Positions 37,640 through 50,700 of a stretch of 64,000 nt of DNA are shown one piece after another. The first letter of the stretch is position 1; each line of letters starts with the position of its first letter. The notes beneath the pieces were generated by a model. The model was not told the origin of the DNA, made no database searches, and saw nothing but the letters and a program-made list of their open reading frames with translations. A program made the translations under genes and the position numbers. The stretch is from Calcarisporiella thermophila CBS 279.70 (taxonomy: Eukaryota; Fungi; Calcarisporiellomycota): contig NW_027192194.1 of the NCBI RefSeq assembly GCF_041956535.1, forward strand, positions 217,444 through 281,443, given 5' to 3'.

Positions 37640-39354
37640 ATGTCAAATTACGAAACTTCATTTGCTCGACCTACTTCTTCGGCAACTTCCTACGCTACTA
37701 GCGAGCTTCCTTTAGATCTTCCTATAGTGCTTACTAGGCAAGATCTCTGTGCTACTCAAGATGCTTATGCTGAATTACTCCGCTCTGCTAGAGCTTATCG
37801 CACTCAGATGACAATGCTCGCCCAGACCGCTGCAGATTTTGGTAATGCACTAGAGAATATGGCTAGAAATAAGGGTGCATTAGACTACGGTAAAATAAGA
37901 GCATTCATATAATTCTACCCAAAATGATGAATTAAAAATTATTTTTGATATCGATAGGCTCAGGTCTTCATGCGGCCGCAGGATTTCACTTCTTGATTTC
38001 CAATCACTATCAAATTCTGGTAAATGTTAAACCGGAGCTGTGATAAGATGATAAAAAACTATTTTTTATAGCCTGGAGACTAATTAATGTTCTAAATGTT
38101 TTGTAGAGCGATGCTTTTAACCAATATTTCGAGACACCTTTAACTGAGAGATTCGAAATCTATAAGACAGAAGTGAAGGTATACAACACTGAAAAATTCA
38201 GAAACGCTTGGGACGCTAAGACAAGTTTTTTTTTTTTTGAAATGTAGCAAAACCAAAATAACTATGATAAGACAATGCGAGAAATGAGCGAAAAAATTAA
38301 AAAAACGGAAGCTAAAAATTTCAAGAGTGGGAGAAAGAAACAGCGAGGTATAATATTGCTCACTTATTTATTTTGCTCGGATTATAATGGATTTGATTCC
38401 GATAGATCTTGTACAGTTTCGCCGTGCCTTACAAGAGCTCACTCAGCAAGTTGACGAATTAGAGCAGTTTAAACATGATCATTATTTCCAGGTACTAAGT
38501 ATTGAACAAAAAAACTTCGACATGATTCTCTCGAAGACTGCTGCAATAATCCGGGGAGAGGTCGATATATACGAGCGGATCGCCAACAAAGGTTTGGCAG
38601 ATCAACAGTTAGAAATGGTATATATACTCCGTATTGTCATATAACACCGCTCTCGATTTTGAAATTTTTTAATATTCCATCCTCTTACAATTAGATGATT
38701 ACCACCGGATTCAACCCCTTTAACACTTATCAAACCTCAGATGAATACCATCAAATCTTTAGCGTTCTTCCTCCAGTTCCAATACTCTCCAATCCTCCGG
38801 CTGAATCATCACAAGCACAACACAAATACCGAAACCCAATTGGGGGTTTGGTAGATTTAGAAGAGAGCTCTAGTGATATACATTTCCATCATCAGCACCA
38901 GCGAAATCTTTCAACTGATGCAACTCAAAGGAGTCCTCGTGTTGAATCAAAAAGAAAATGCGATCAGGAACCACTTGAAACAAGATCGGATGAATTCGAT
39001 TTATTCCAGGCACAAAAAAGTCGCATATCAACCGGCCCATCCTTACAGCAATTTTCGGTAGATAAGGAAGAACAAAGTCAGCCGGCATTACCATCATCTC
39101 ATCCGAAAGACTCAGCAATCGAGGCAGTTACGCAGAGATCACCAAAACAGAGCAATCAATCTAATTGCTCGTTAGGAATGGAATCAGAAAGCAAAGAGCA
39201 AGATGAGGACGAACCTGTCAGTAGTATCTCTCACATTCATATTGGTGACGACTCGGAATTACTCCGCAATCAAGAGTTCAATTACTCGTTTCAACGAGAG
39301 ACAAGTCAAGATATTAATGAAATAGATAAACAGGACCTTGCTAATATGCAATAA
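37640..39354 (+). CDS. Ivy1-like I-BAR/IMD domain protein (multi-exon)
   Basis: AYAELLRSARAYR..AADFGNALENMARNKGA..GLHAAAGFHFLISNHYQIL..RDLVQFRRALQELT. Confidence 0.75.
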
Positions 39355-39688
39355 CTACCTATGTTAAGAATATCATGTTAAATATTCTCTTTAATTATTC
39401 CTTGCTCTATATTTTAATTGTAAAAACCCTTGCTCCTCCCTTTTTCCTATCTACCAGCAGTCATTTTTATTTTCTCATTTTTTTTAGTGCTAAATCAACT
39501 GAGTATTATGTTTTCTTATTTTAAGCAGCTGTGCTTTAGTGTTTGTTAAATTTTATGTTTTTGTTACCCCCCCCCCCCATTAATGTACAGTGCGTAGAAG
39601 ATGTATTTAGAATTTTTTCACGCTAAAATAAAGCACAGAGTTAGAAAAGTATAGTCTTTCTATTACTTCTTTCGATATATAATAAAAT

Positions 39689-40547
39689 TCAAACTCTCTC
39701 AGCGACCCAAATCGCAGCTTTGCATCCCTGGCTGATGACTCCAGATAGAAGTGTATGGAGAGGTGCCTAGCATGTAAAAGTAGTTATATATTTTGACAAT
39801 GAATTAACAAGGATAGCCAAGAAGAGTGTACTTTTTGTGCATCATGGTCAACAGCTGTATCTAGGTGCTCAAGCTCTTCATCGCGAAACTTTGCAATAAT
39901 CTATATCGAAAAAATGGACAGTAAGTCTGAATTACAACAGGCACTATTTTATATGATCTACCTTACGAAGTTCAGCGATATCTGGATGGTCAATCTTCAA
40001 TAACTCTCTCAATTGGCTATAAAGGTAAGAAGGTTCGTTATTTTATATTAATTGATTTGAAAATATATTTTGAAATATACTCATTATAATGTCCTCCTAT
40101 AACTGTCTCTACGGCCTCTGTACAAGCCATTGCTGCTTCTTTCCCTAATAATGCCGTTCCTGCTCCTAAAACAAATCCAGCTGCTTCCCACAATGGTCTT
40201 AATGCTGACGGCCTAGCTCGATATTTCCCAATTAATTCGTCAAAAACTCTCAAATGATTCTTTTCTTGCTCCCACATGTGCTCTAGTATAGGTTTAAGCT
40301 TTTTATCACGCCCAAGAACAAAGATTTGCCCTTGATATATATAATTTGCGCCAACTTCACCAGCCTGATCGACACGCAACATTTGTGATAAAAGTGCACG
40401 TTGTGAAGGAGTGAGATTTAGAGGTACTTCGGATTTTGAGTTAGAATCGGGTAGAGATGCATCTGAGGCGGGAGGCGAGGATGTAGTAGAAGTTGTGGCA
40501 AGGGTGCGCATTGGCACTGCAAGTTGAAACGTAGCACGTCTGAGCAT
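39689..40547 (-). CDS. COQ7: 5-demethoxyubiquinone hydroxylase, mitochondrial (4 exons)
   Basis: Presequence, [39 protein letters not shown] and [11 protein letters not shown]. Confidence 0.96.
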
Positions 40548-40845
40548 TCTTGATTAGTTATTCCTCCAAACTCTCTAAAATAAAATAAAAATCTCTAAAT
40601 AGTTGCCGCAATCATACGATATTTATGGGCCTAAATTTTGGTGATGACTGCGTATTGATTGACAAGTTCATTACAAATACCGAAATTAAAGAGAGTTATG
40701 AGAATAAAAAGCCTATTAAGATATTGGAAGGATGTTCACAAAAATTAGACGAAATAGAGGGATTTAATAAGCTTCAGTTAAGCTACAATGGCTCTGTATT
40801 TGCTAATTTTCCAAGCTATAAAGTGTTTATTAAATATAGTATTTA

Positions 40846-42658
40846 TTACATGATTCTACAATAACTTCCTCCTTTGCTATCACCATTATCCTTGGTGTTA
40901 TTATTTTCCTTTTCAAGTGTCTCCAGCACTTTGAGGGACTTCAATGCACCTTTACCGATCGGCCCACCACGCGTAATAGCCGCTTCAAACAAACGGCGTG
41001 CTTGAATAAGATCGCGGGAAATACCTCGTCCTTCAAGATACATATTCCCCAAGTTAATCTAAAATATACAGGAAATATACAATAAGTTAAAATAAAGGGA
41101 TATCGTTAACACGCATATGCTGGGCTCTAACCTGAGCAAGTTGGAAGCCCTGCGCAGAAGCCATTTTCCAATATTCTACTGCCATTTTATAGTCCTGCTG
41201 AACACCATCTCCGGTAAAATAGCGAAAACCGACATTGTATTGAGCCTCAGCAAGACCTTAATATAATAATTCTAAGAATTCGTGTCATCCTATTTCTTTC
41301 GGTAAGAACATTTTACCTTTCATTGCAGCTTTCTCAAAGTAAGAGAACGCTTTTTGACTATCAGGGTTCGGAAAATATTCATTGGAGCCATAATATACAC
41401 CAAGCATGAACGTACACTGGGCATTTCCTTTGTAAATTTTTAATAAACAATATTAATACTTTACACACTTTGCTATCAGAAAAATCCCAAAGAAATTTAA
41501 TCACTTGAAATTGTGACATACCAGCATCGTGGCCTCGTTGGAAATAATGAAGAGCCTTCTCATGGCTCTTTTCAATTTCACCCTTACCATATCTATATAT
41601 TCGTCCAAGCTCTGCCCAAGCCGAGTTGGCACCTCCACGTCCAGCTAGCTCATACAATTCTAAAGCTTGTTTACTTTGTTTAGCCTCACGCATATATATT
41701 GATGCCAAATTGAGTTGAGCATGAGGATGACCCTTTCTTGCGAGATTAGTTAATATTTCAACACCTTTCGCTTCATCTTTAACAATCCCTGGGCGACCTT
41801 TTGCATTAAATGATATATGAAATAAGGTATTAATATGTGATTTATCAAACTGTGAGAAAAATGACCATATATAAAAACCTCTATAGAGCATAGTGCCATA
41901 TCCAAATGCTGCTGTATCATCTCCTCCTGCCATTGCTATACGAAAGAGCTCTAGCGCAACCGGCGCACCTGATAAATTATTGAAAATTTTTGTAAACAAA
42001 GAGTAATCAATATATCCACTAAAGGGCAATAAATTAAAATACCATATGGTTCTGTAACGATCGTTTGGGCTAGTGTAGTAAGTTCGGTTGGCTTTGATTT
42101 CGCCACTGGAAAGGTCATATGAATTGGATAACTGATGGCTGTTAAGGAATACAAGCAAACTTACTTCTAAGTATATGATCTTCTGGAACAGTACCATCCT
42201 TTAGTCGTTCCAACACTAGTTCTATAATTCTCTTTTGTTCGTCAACAGATAAAGATGTAAGCTTATGCTGAGTCCGAGCTTTCAATTTGTCGTCTGAGGC
42301 TAGTACATCTGCAGAAAACTCCAAAATTGAGCTATACAATTACCATAATAACGTACCAAAGACATACCCTTCAAAAACAATTTCTTTACATTAACAGTAG
42401 CCCCTTCATTATCCTTAGCTTGTTCTTCGATAGTATTTCCCTTATTCCGCCTATTGCATAACCCATTTATTAATTTAGTGATTAAATTGCTTTTAAAATA
42501 TAGACTAACGCATTCTGCTCGAGAAATGGCTCAAAAATTCCGCCTATTCGATGAGGATTAACTGTAGAAACTCCACGAAGAGGATATGAGTTCTGGTGAT
42601 ATGATACCCGCCACGTTGCGCGTGCGAATGCGCGAGTTGTTGACCGTAATGGTATCAT
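40846..42658 (-). CDS. Sel1-repeat protein with an Arg-rich presequence-like N-terminus and C-terminal CaaX (CRIM)
   Basis: Repeats AQLNLASIY, AWAELGRIYRYG, AQYNVGFRYFTGDG and AQINLGNMYLEGRG. Inferred first exon MIPLRSTTRAFARATWRV. Confidence 0.8.
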
Positions 42659-42746
42659 TAATATCGAAATAAAAATATCAATGGATAAGTGACGGTGAAT
42701 CCCAATTTTTTATAATCTGAGCAACTTAGTCACAATCGTCTTTGAA

Positions 42747-44010
42747 ATGGAATCGATTCATTCAGCCGAAATGTCTGCAGAGGAAGAATGGGGAGAAACT
42801 ACTTTAGAAAAGGGATTGGAAGGAGGGGATGATTTCGGCGACTTTGACGATTTTAACAATGGAACTGCAGGTGGAGATGATTTTGACGATTTCACCGATT
42901 TTGTTGCAACAGCACAAGAGACAAACTTTGATTCGACACCTGAGCAGGTGTCCACCGATACTATTACTCAGGACACAAGGCCTTCAATCTTAAAAGTGAT
43001 TAAATCTACCTATTATAAACCGAATTTGTTGTAACCTGTATTATATATGCTAGCAACTTAATTTCCAACTTGATGCGCGCGAGTTAGCTACAGAATTTAC
43101 CGAAACATTAAATGCATTCTATCCGATGGACATGTTGCCTCTGGATGACTTTTCTCACCTGCCCTCCGGCTCACGCGACCGGATGTTATATTTGGAATCA
43201 AGGTAATAAACTCATACCGTTGATTTGCTTGATCTTCAAAAGCTCATATTGTTATTGTAGTATGAAAATGTGGAAAAAATACTCAACCGATAGGGTGTTC
43301 TATAATCCGTTCTCTAAAACAAAAGGGCAATTCAGATGGCGCCAATCTCATATACAGAAAGCATATTTAGAAGCTCTAGGAGTTGATGTTAATTGTTATA
43401 CGGTAAGGCCATATTCTTATTTATAATTATGCGTCGTATTTTTACTTTTATTTTATTGTAGGACAATAAGCCAGTTAATAGCCCAACTCAATTAAAAACT
43501 AATTCATCTACCAAAAGAAAAGAATCTCCTCCTCCCGAAATTTACAAAGATGTTGACATTGATATCGCCAAACAACTTTGCGCTATTCCTGCAGATGAAC
43601 TTACTAAGAAATCTCCCTCCGAACTTAACGCACTTCGTGCTGAGCTTCTTGACTGGACACGCAGAATATCTGGCGCTCTAACATACTGGCTTGATCAGCG
43701 TGAACAGGCTGCCATGGATTCTGAGACTTACAATCATCTAATAGGCCATCTGCTTGGGCATGCTCAACGCAATAGGGTACAAAATAGACGGAGTGGCGAA
43801 AGCTGGAATAACGGAATGGCAAGTGCATGGAGGAAAAAAAATTCTTCTTCTCTGGGTTTCCCAGGTTTGAAGGGAAGAAAAGCAACATCTGGACAGTCAA
43901 CACCATCATTAGCAGCCGCCTCAAATCCATCTGCGTCTGCGTCAACCATCTCGATATCTCTTAGAGAAGAAACTGATGTATCTTCAGCATCTCGACGGTT
44001 ATCAATGTGA
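42747..44010 (+). CDS. DUF5102-like / aftiphilin-like AP-1 accessory protein (4 exons)
   Basis: DDFGDFDDF and DDFDDF motifs, FRWRQSHIQKAYLEALGVDVN and LTYWLDQRE..LLGHAQR. Confidence 0.6.
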
Positions 44011-44134
44011 ATAGCTAATGTATAGATGTCTTATGGACATTTTTCAATGAATCGTTTTGTAACATACTTTTATAACATATAAATAATTAGATGTTTAAAA
44101 TAACATCACAATATAAAGATTACTTCGAGATGAG

Positions 44135-44975
44135 TCATTTTCTCGGAAATGGTATAAACTGCTTCAAGCCTCCTCGCTTTAAGGTCAACATAGCTATAAA
44201 TGTGATTGTCGCAAAAAGGGTTATGTGCTGCATCTTTCCCAATGCGTGTTTTTTACGAATAATCGCTAGATCTTTCTCCACTTCAACAGTAGTAGAATCG
44301 GTTGGAAAACTTTTAGAAGGAATAGGTTGCTCTAGAAATTGACAAAGTTGCTCCCAGCCCTCTTTTATATTATAAATTAAGAGGCGATCCTGGGGAATGC
44401 AGCGCTTAACTTCCTCGATATGCTCTAAATATATGCCATAAGCATATTTGGGGTCATCTAATTGACCGTGAAATAGACCCTGAACCACCAATGTGTCCCA
44501 CAGTTTATTCGCAGTATATGAAGAATAAAATGGCCAAGAGCTAGGGGAGGATCGTTGAAGACACCGCGAATTATTGTACCTAGTGTAAATATAACACTTT
44601 TAATAAAATATAATTTTATATAAATGGAAAAGGTAAATTTACCATTGAGAAGGAGAATCGCTCACAGTTAATATTACCTTCGCATCAGGATATTGATCTA
44701 GTAGCTCGCGATAAAATGCCACCCCAATCCAATCCACTATTGCATCACTTCCATCTAAAAGCTTTTCCCAGTCTACGCGTTTTCCTTGCCACGCGTCAAG
44801 CCATGGTCGCTCTTGCACCTTAGTGGTATGCAATACTTTATATCCGAGGCTAGTTAGAGCTTGATCGAGAGTTGAGGTTCCCGTTCCACCAAATCTATAA
44901 TATAACATTTAGATCCACTCTGGGGGTTAAGGCTAATAAAAACATTTACCCCACTCCAATAATTTTTAGAGGCAT
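44135..44975 (-). CDS. P-loop sulfotransferase-like protein (Sulfotransfer_4 type) with a C-terminal TM segment (3 exons)
   Basis: MPLKIIGVGFGGTGTSTL..ALTSLGY, YRELLDQYPDAKVILTV and DRLLIYNIKEGWEQLCQFL..P...FP. Confidence 0.8.
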
Positions 44976-45113
44976 AATGATTTATTCTTTTGTCTTTTAA
45001 AAATGAAAAATATTTGTCAATAAACTTGATATAAATGATAGCAAAATTGGCAACCAATTTCCTAGAGAACAAATATATGAAAAACTAGACTATAAAAAAA
45101 ATTAGATAATATG

Positions 45114-45149
45114 TAATCGAGCAAAATAAATATTTAATTTGCTCGATTA
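45114..45149. repeat. 36-bp near-perfect palindrome
   Basis: TAATCGAGCAAA-A-TAAATATTTA-A-TTTGCTCGATTA, with a single A/A mismatch. Confidence 0.85.
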
Positions 45150-45379
45150 TCTTTTAATTTTAAATATTCAATTATAATTACAAAAGATTAATGGAGAGTT
45201 ACCACTAGTGCTAGTTATTAGTAGTCTGACATAATAAATTGATCTCGAGATATTATGATTATTGAATAAATTAAAAATTTGTAATTCATGTGGAAATAGT
45301 TATGGAAATATATTTACAACTTAAATACACAGAAGCCAACCTCAGCCTATCTTTTTTTTTTTTCAAACTTGCTCATATA

Positions 45380-46838
45380 TTAACTGTGGGCTTTTCGTAG
45401 GTGTTTCATCAGGAATAAATGATTATGAAATCGTTTATGGCACTGTGGACATCGTGGGTATGGATACATGAGCTCCATTTGCTTTTGTTCGCGAACGCTT
45501 TTCAGTATTGGGATATGATAGTGTTTCGAACTTTCTCCGCATTTCTTGTTAAGATCTAGATGAAAAAAGCTTTGGGAGCTGTTCTACACATTCGAAATTT
45601 TACCTAATTTCTATAAGCTCACCTCTTAAAATTGAAGTTAGGTCTTCGGAATTATCCTTTTCAACATAGGCTTCAATCCGTTTCAAGTCAGATGCGACCT
45701 TAGATCTATTAACAGGAAGGGCTTAATTCAAACAAAGTAAGCGTAGGCATTAATGTATATGGTTATTAGTTATTTATACTCGGTTTTACCATTTAACTCA
45801 TCCTCTTCAAGTGATTTTGTCGATAAGCATCGAGCAGCAGATACAACGCTAATTGATAAATACATTTATTAAATGTAAATCCAAAGAAAATTGCACACAA
45901 GTGGTCATACTTAAAAGGTATCCCGATGTTCTCGGCAGCATTCAACACCGTTTTCCAGTCGACATGCTTAGTTCGATAGTAATGTTTAGCCCTTGTGATT
46001 ATAAAAATATCAATCTGCTACAATGATTATAATAGGAGCGATAGTAAATCAGACTCACCCCAAGTGCCTTTCTATATGTGCATTGTATACTGCTGTCTCA
46101 TTTAAAATATCCCCCATCATTTTTATCATACGATTCTTAATGAGCTCTTTATGCTCTTGTAAGAGTGATTTTCCTTGTGATCTTACTGTACGTTCAATTA
46201 TGATATCGAGCTCTTTACCAAAATCATCGTCCATCGCACTACTGTCTGAACTTTGTGGCATAGAGCTAAGAGCAGTGGAGGGCCAGATATCCTGCTCAAT
46301 TCGTGATCGCTTATTGGGAAAATCTTCAGGTTCTTTAAAGAATTCACATTCATCAATGTAGCTCGGTCGAGATTTTCTAATAATACATGGTATAAAGATT
46401 ATTCACCGAAAGTTATTAATAAAAAAAACTCAACACTTACGGTCCTCCTAAATTCTCTGGTAATGGCCAAGTTAACCATAGGTTTAAAGCTGATCTGGGA
46501 TTAGAGTAACTATTTGAAGATTATTATTAGAAGAGGCAAAAATATATAAACTTTTCAATACTCAACCACAATTCATCCTCTTTCTTTCGCCGATGAGTTA
46601 GTTTGATATGCCTGGCATAGTCACGCTCATAATCTGCTTGCAGTTGTCTAAGAATTTCACCAAACTGCTCACGACGCTGTTGAGCTGACCGCTGCCTTTT
46701 ATCCTTCTTTGTCTCACTTTTGATTTCGTCAAAGAGTCTAACATATTCATGATCGGTGAGATCAATATTCTCATATAGATCGGAGGTTGTATTTTCTACA
46801 TAGCAGTGTTCTCGAAGTTGTTTATCTGTGTCTGCCAT
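45380..46838 (-). CDS. Rrn9-like RNA polymerase I upstream activation factor subunit with a C-terminal C2H2 finger (about 7 exons)
   Basis: WLTWPL motif, DWKTVLNAA..G and terminal CPQC..F..L..H.RKAH. Exons splice in frame. The family call is from recalled motifs. Confidence 0.5.
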
Positions 46839-47302
46839 GATAAACTTCCATCAGTTAATGAGGCTATACAATATTTAACGGCTATTGAAAAATTATATAT
46901 GTTGTGACCGCTTTTTTCGTGATACTTTTTCACAACCAGATACAGTTTGATACATTAACTATGAGAATTTATATAGATTTACTCTTCGCTTTTTATCTAA
47001 CTGCTGCCAGAAAAAATCCCCTATTTTACAATATCTAGTATTTAAGTCATGTAATTGCAAAAACAAGTTGTCACGACGAATTTATGAAGCTTTTAATTGT
47101 TGCCGGAAACGAAATTTTAGGATGGATACAATTGAATGTATGTTTAGAATGGTAAAGGATAGTATAAGTTCTATATGCTGCATCTACTCTACTCAATGGC
47201 ATCGTCTTGAATAGGACACAGATATGTCAAAGCAAATTAAATATTCAACAATGAAAGCAAAAAAGACAAAATTACAAATTGTTCCAACCAAAATAAAACA
47301 TC

Positions 47303-47602
47303 TTAATTATTCACTCGCCCAACCACAACATACCCCCGGTCCGGTCGCTTCTTATCATTTCCAATTTGATCTACATTTTCCACTCGTACTAGCTCCTTAA
47401 TCTTCAGAATCATACCCGCATAAGTAGGAGTTTGAGGTTTATAAACAGTTTGTTTGAGTCGGTAAAATCCAAGAGCTCTGGTAACATTGCGAGTTTTTTC
47501 GGGGAGACCGATTGGCGATCGTATTAATGTTATTTTGTAGAGATGGTTTTTGCTGGGTGTTGTTGAAGTTGCAAGAGCACGAATCTGATTGATGAGAACC
47601 AT
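47303..47602 (-). CDS. MRPL33: Mitochondrial ribosomal protein uL30m
   Basis: YKITLIRSPIGLP..ALGF.R..QTV..GMILKIKELVRVE..GYVV. Confidence 0.9.
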   Translation of the reverse strand: MVLINQIRALATSTTPSKNHLYKITLIRSPIGLPEKTRNVTRALGFYRLKQTVYKPQTPTYAGMILKIKELVRVENVDQIGNDKKRPDRGYVVVGRVNN

Positions 47603-47780
47603 TGTTAATTTATATTTTGGAAATTCGCAAGATGTTTGACGAAGGCAGATATATGAGGAGTAAACAAAAATAGCGGCGCAGTTTTTCATTTAACAAATTA
47701 GGATATTCAAAATTGTTACGCGATTTTTTTTTTTTCACGCTCCAACTCAAACACTATCACTTATATTTAAGCAATCTACA

Positions 47781-50700
47781 ATGAAAAGGAAGCACGAAGA
47801 AGATATAATACATGGCAACAATGATATTAATATTAACGGAAGAAAATCGCTGTTCAAAATACGGATCGTCAACATTGATTTTTACATGGCTCAACCAAAT
47901 GTACTTGACCGTTCCGTGTGTCCTTTCGCGACCCAAGGGTTAAAACAGGTCCCCATCTTACGCATATTCGGTTCTACAGAATATGGACAAAAATGCTGCT
48001 TGCATGTGCACCAGGTAATTTTTTTATTTAGATTCATCTCTGAAATCAATTGATTTATTATTTTTTAGGCATTTCCATACTTTTATGTGCCATATAAAGG
48101 ACCTCTCGAGCCAGAAAAAGGTAATAGCGTCTGCTCATTTTTGAATATTGGCAAGACATTCTCATATATGTAACTATTATAGCTCAGCAGTACATTTATC
48201 AACTCGGAAATAGTATTAATCATGCTACTGCTCTTGCGCTCAAACTGCAGCCTACTAAGCACCCGCAATTCATCGCAGCTATTGTACTAGTAAAAGGCAC
48301 TCCATTTTATGGATATCACATAGGATTTAAATACTTCCTTAAGATCTATTGATATCCTTTTTTTATTTTGAGCCTTATTTTCTTGATTAACTAATATTTA
48401 TTATTTTTCTTAACTCAATGACCCATTTGTTTTTACCATCCAGCCTCATATGGTATCCAAAATTGCTGATCTTTTGCTCAGCGGCGCAGTTATGGGTATA
48501 TCGTTGCAACCGCATGAGTCCCATGTTCCTTTTTTATTACAATTTCTCGCGGATTATAACCTGTTTGGAATGAATTATATCCATTTGAATGGGGTTTTAT
48601 TTCGACCTCCATTTCCAGGTACAATTAGCTATTGATTTTATCATAAAATGAACTTATCTCTCTATTAATATGTAATTTTTTCAGAGGTTCGACCAGAAAC
48701 TGTTAATTCTGAGTATATCTGGAGCACCAATACAATTCCTGATTACCACATATGGCCTCCCGAATATAATATAAAGCGCCAGAGCCACTGCGAACTCGAA
48801 GCAGACTGCACTATTTGGGATATTATCAATCGCGACTGGGTAGCAGAGCGCCTTATACACACAGATATCTTCTCGGCTCCCTCTCTTCAAACGAAGCTCG
48901 TACACTCCCTTAGATCAATTTGGGATAGTGAAATGGAGCGCCGAAGAAAAAAAGGAATTAATTCGGTTATCTCGTCATTCTCAGGCCACGAGACTCGGTT
49001 CACACCAGAACCATGGCAACAAGAAATTAACTTAAGAGAGATGGTTGAGAGAATTATCCGTGAAGACGCTAGTAATAGGACTTCACATCAACACCCTAGA
49101 AATAGCGAACCAATTTCATCTGAGCCGTCAAGCAACCGAGATATTAAAGATATTCTGTCACAATATTTACAACCAGACGACTATTCAGACCAGATCATGA
49201 CTACGTATGAAAGTATAAACGTGTTATGTGAGCAAGGCGTTCATTCAATAGTAAAGTCAAAAAACCTACCTCTCCGATCACGAAATGTAGGGAAACAAAG
49301 CTGCCTAGACATGGATGAGCCAAGGACACCAAAACGCAGCAAGTTGCAATTGTCTAACACTCCACCTAGCGTCAAAACCTATATTTTGGCTGAGAGTCCA
49401 AGTAGATACAATAGATTTCGGACATGGGAAGAGGTGAAGGTGAATGAAGAGCGAATCCAAGAAAGTCAAAATGGTTCATTTTTTGAAAAAGCGGAAAGCG
49501 ATTTTGAGGAAGATTTTATCGAACTTGGAAACGCAGAAGAGGCAGCAATGCAGGACGAGGATGATGAAATTTTAAGGACTCTCATAACTCAGAAAATCAA
49601 CAATCAATATGAATTGAGTGTTCGAGAAACGATACTGCAACATGACTTAGAGGAAGAAGATATATTCATTAGTAGCGGCAAGAGCTCTTTTTACGATGAA
49701 TTTGAGCCAGATATATGGGAGCAGCTGGCAGATATTGAGTATTGGATTGATTCAATAGGAGATACTATCCCACATTTTCTAATTTAATTAACTATTTTAT
49801 TTTAGAGATTTCATCGATGACGAGCAGAGCTCCAAGGCTCGTTCGGAAATTAAGAGTGTGAGAAATGAATTAACAACATATTCACAACGCACTACTTCTG
49901 CCCCTCTCCACTCATCCCGACGTCGGATTCCACAATATGATGGTTCGATGGACTGTGTACTTTCGTCAGACCCAGAAGAAAACAACATCCCTCTGATAGA
50001 ATTTGAACCCAATCCGGTAGATATAAAGATACGAACCGAAAGTGCGATAGTCATGCACAAAGATCGAGAGAGAAGTGGAATGAAAAAAGGAGTTGATAAG
50101 AAGCCTCCCCAATCAAACCAGGTGATTCGTGGAAATATTTTTTAAGAATTTTTTATCTAATTGATATTTTTGTTAGACTATATCACGTTCATTGAGCCGA
50201 TCAGAGATCTCTTCTAATCCTCGATATAAATCCCATGTTGATAATGAAGCAAGAGATGAAGGGAGATGGCTTAGGCAAATAGTAACAGATGATGAAATGA
50301 ATTCAAATGCTTTGTCTCTAGAAGCTTCTATGCAAAAGAGGCCAATTGACAGATCTGCGTCATTACCAAAGCAAGAGATGCTACTACGCTTAAGCGGGAC
50401 GCCCCCCCCATATAGGAAGGTAATATCTATACTAATTATTAAAAAGTAATGATCTTTCATAGGTGTATTTTGGTTTAGAGGGAACCTGAAGACATGAATT
50501 CGACAACCTCGCAAGTTTTGGAAACCACAGAGTCGTCAACAAGTTTGAAATCCTCTCAACCACAATTTTCACCATCTTCGCTCTATTCACGAAGCTCAAA
50601 GAATATGTCTGATAACGAAACTGACGCTAAATTTACTCACAAACTTACAGCGATGTGGTCACCACTCAACACTTCTCCCGAAAAGTCCCACTCATTCTTT

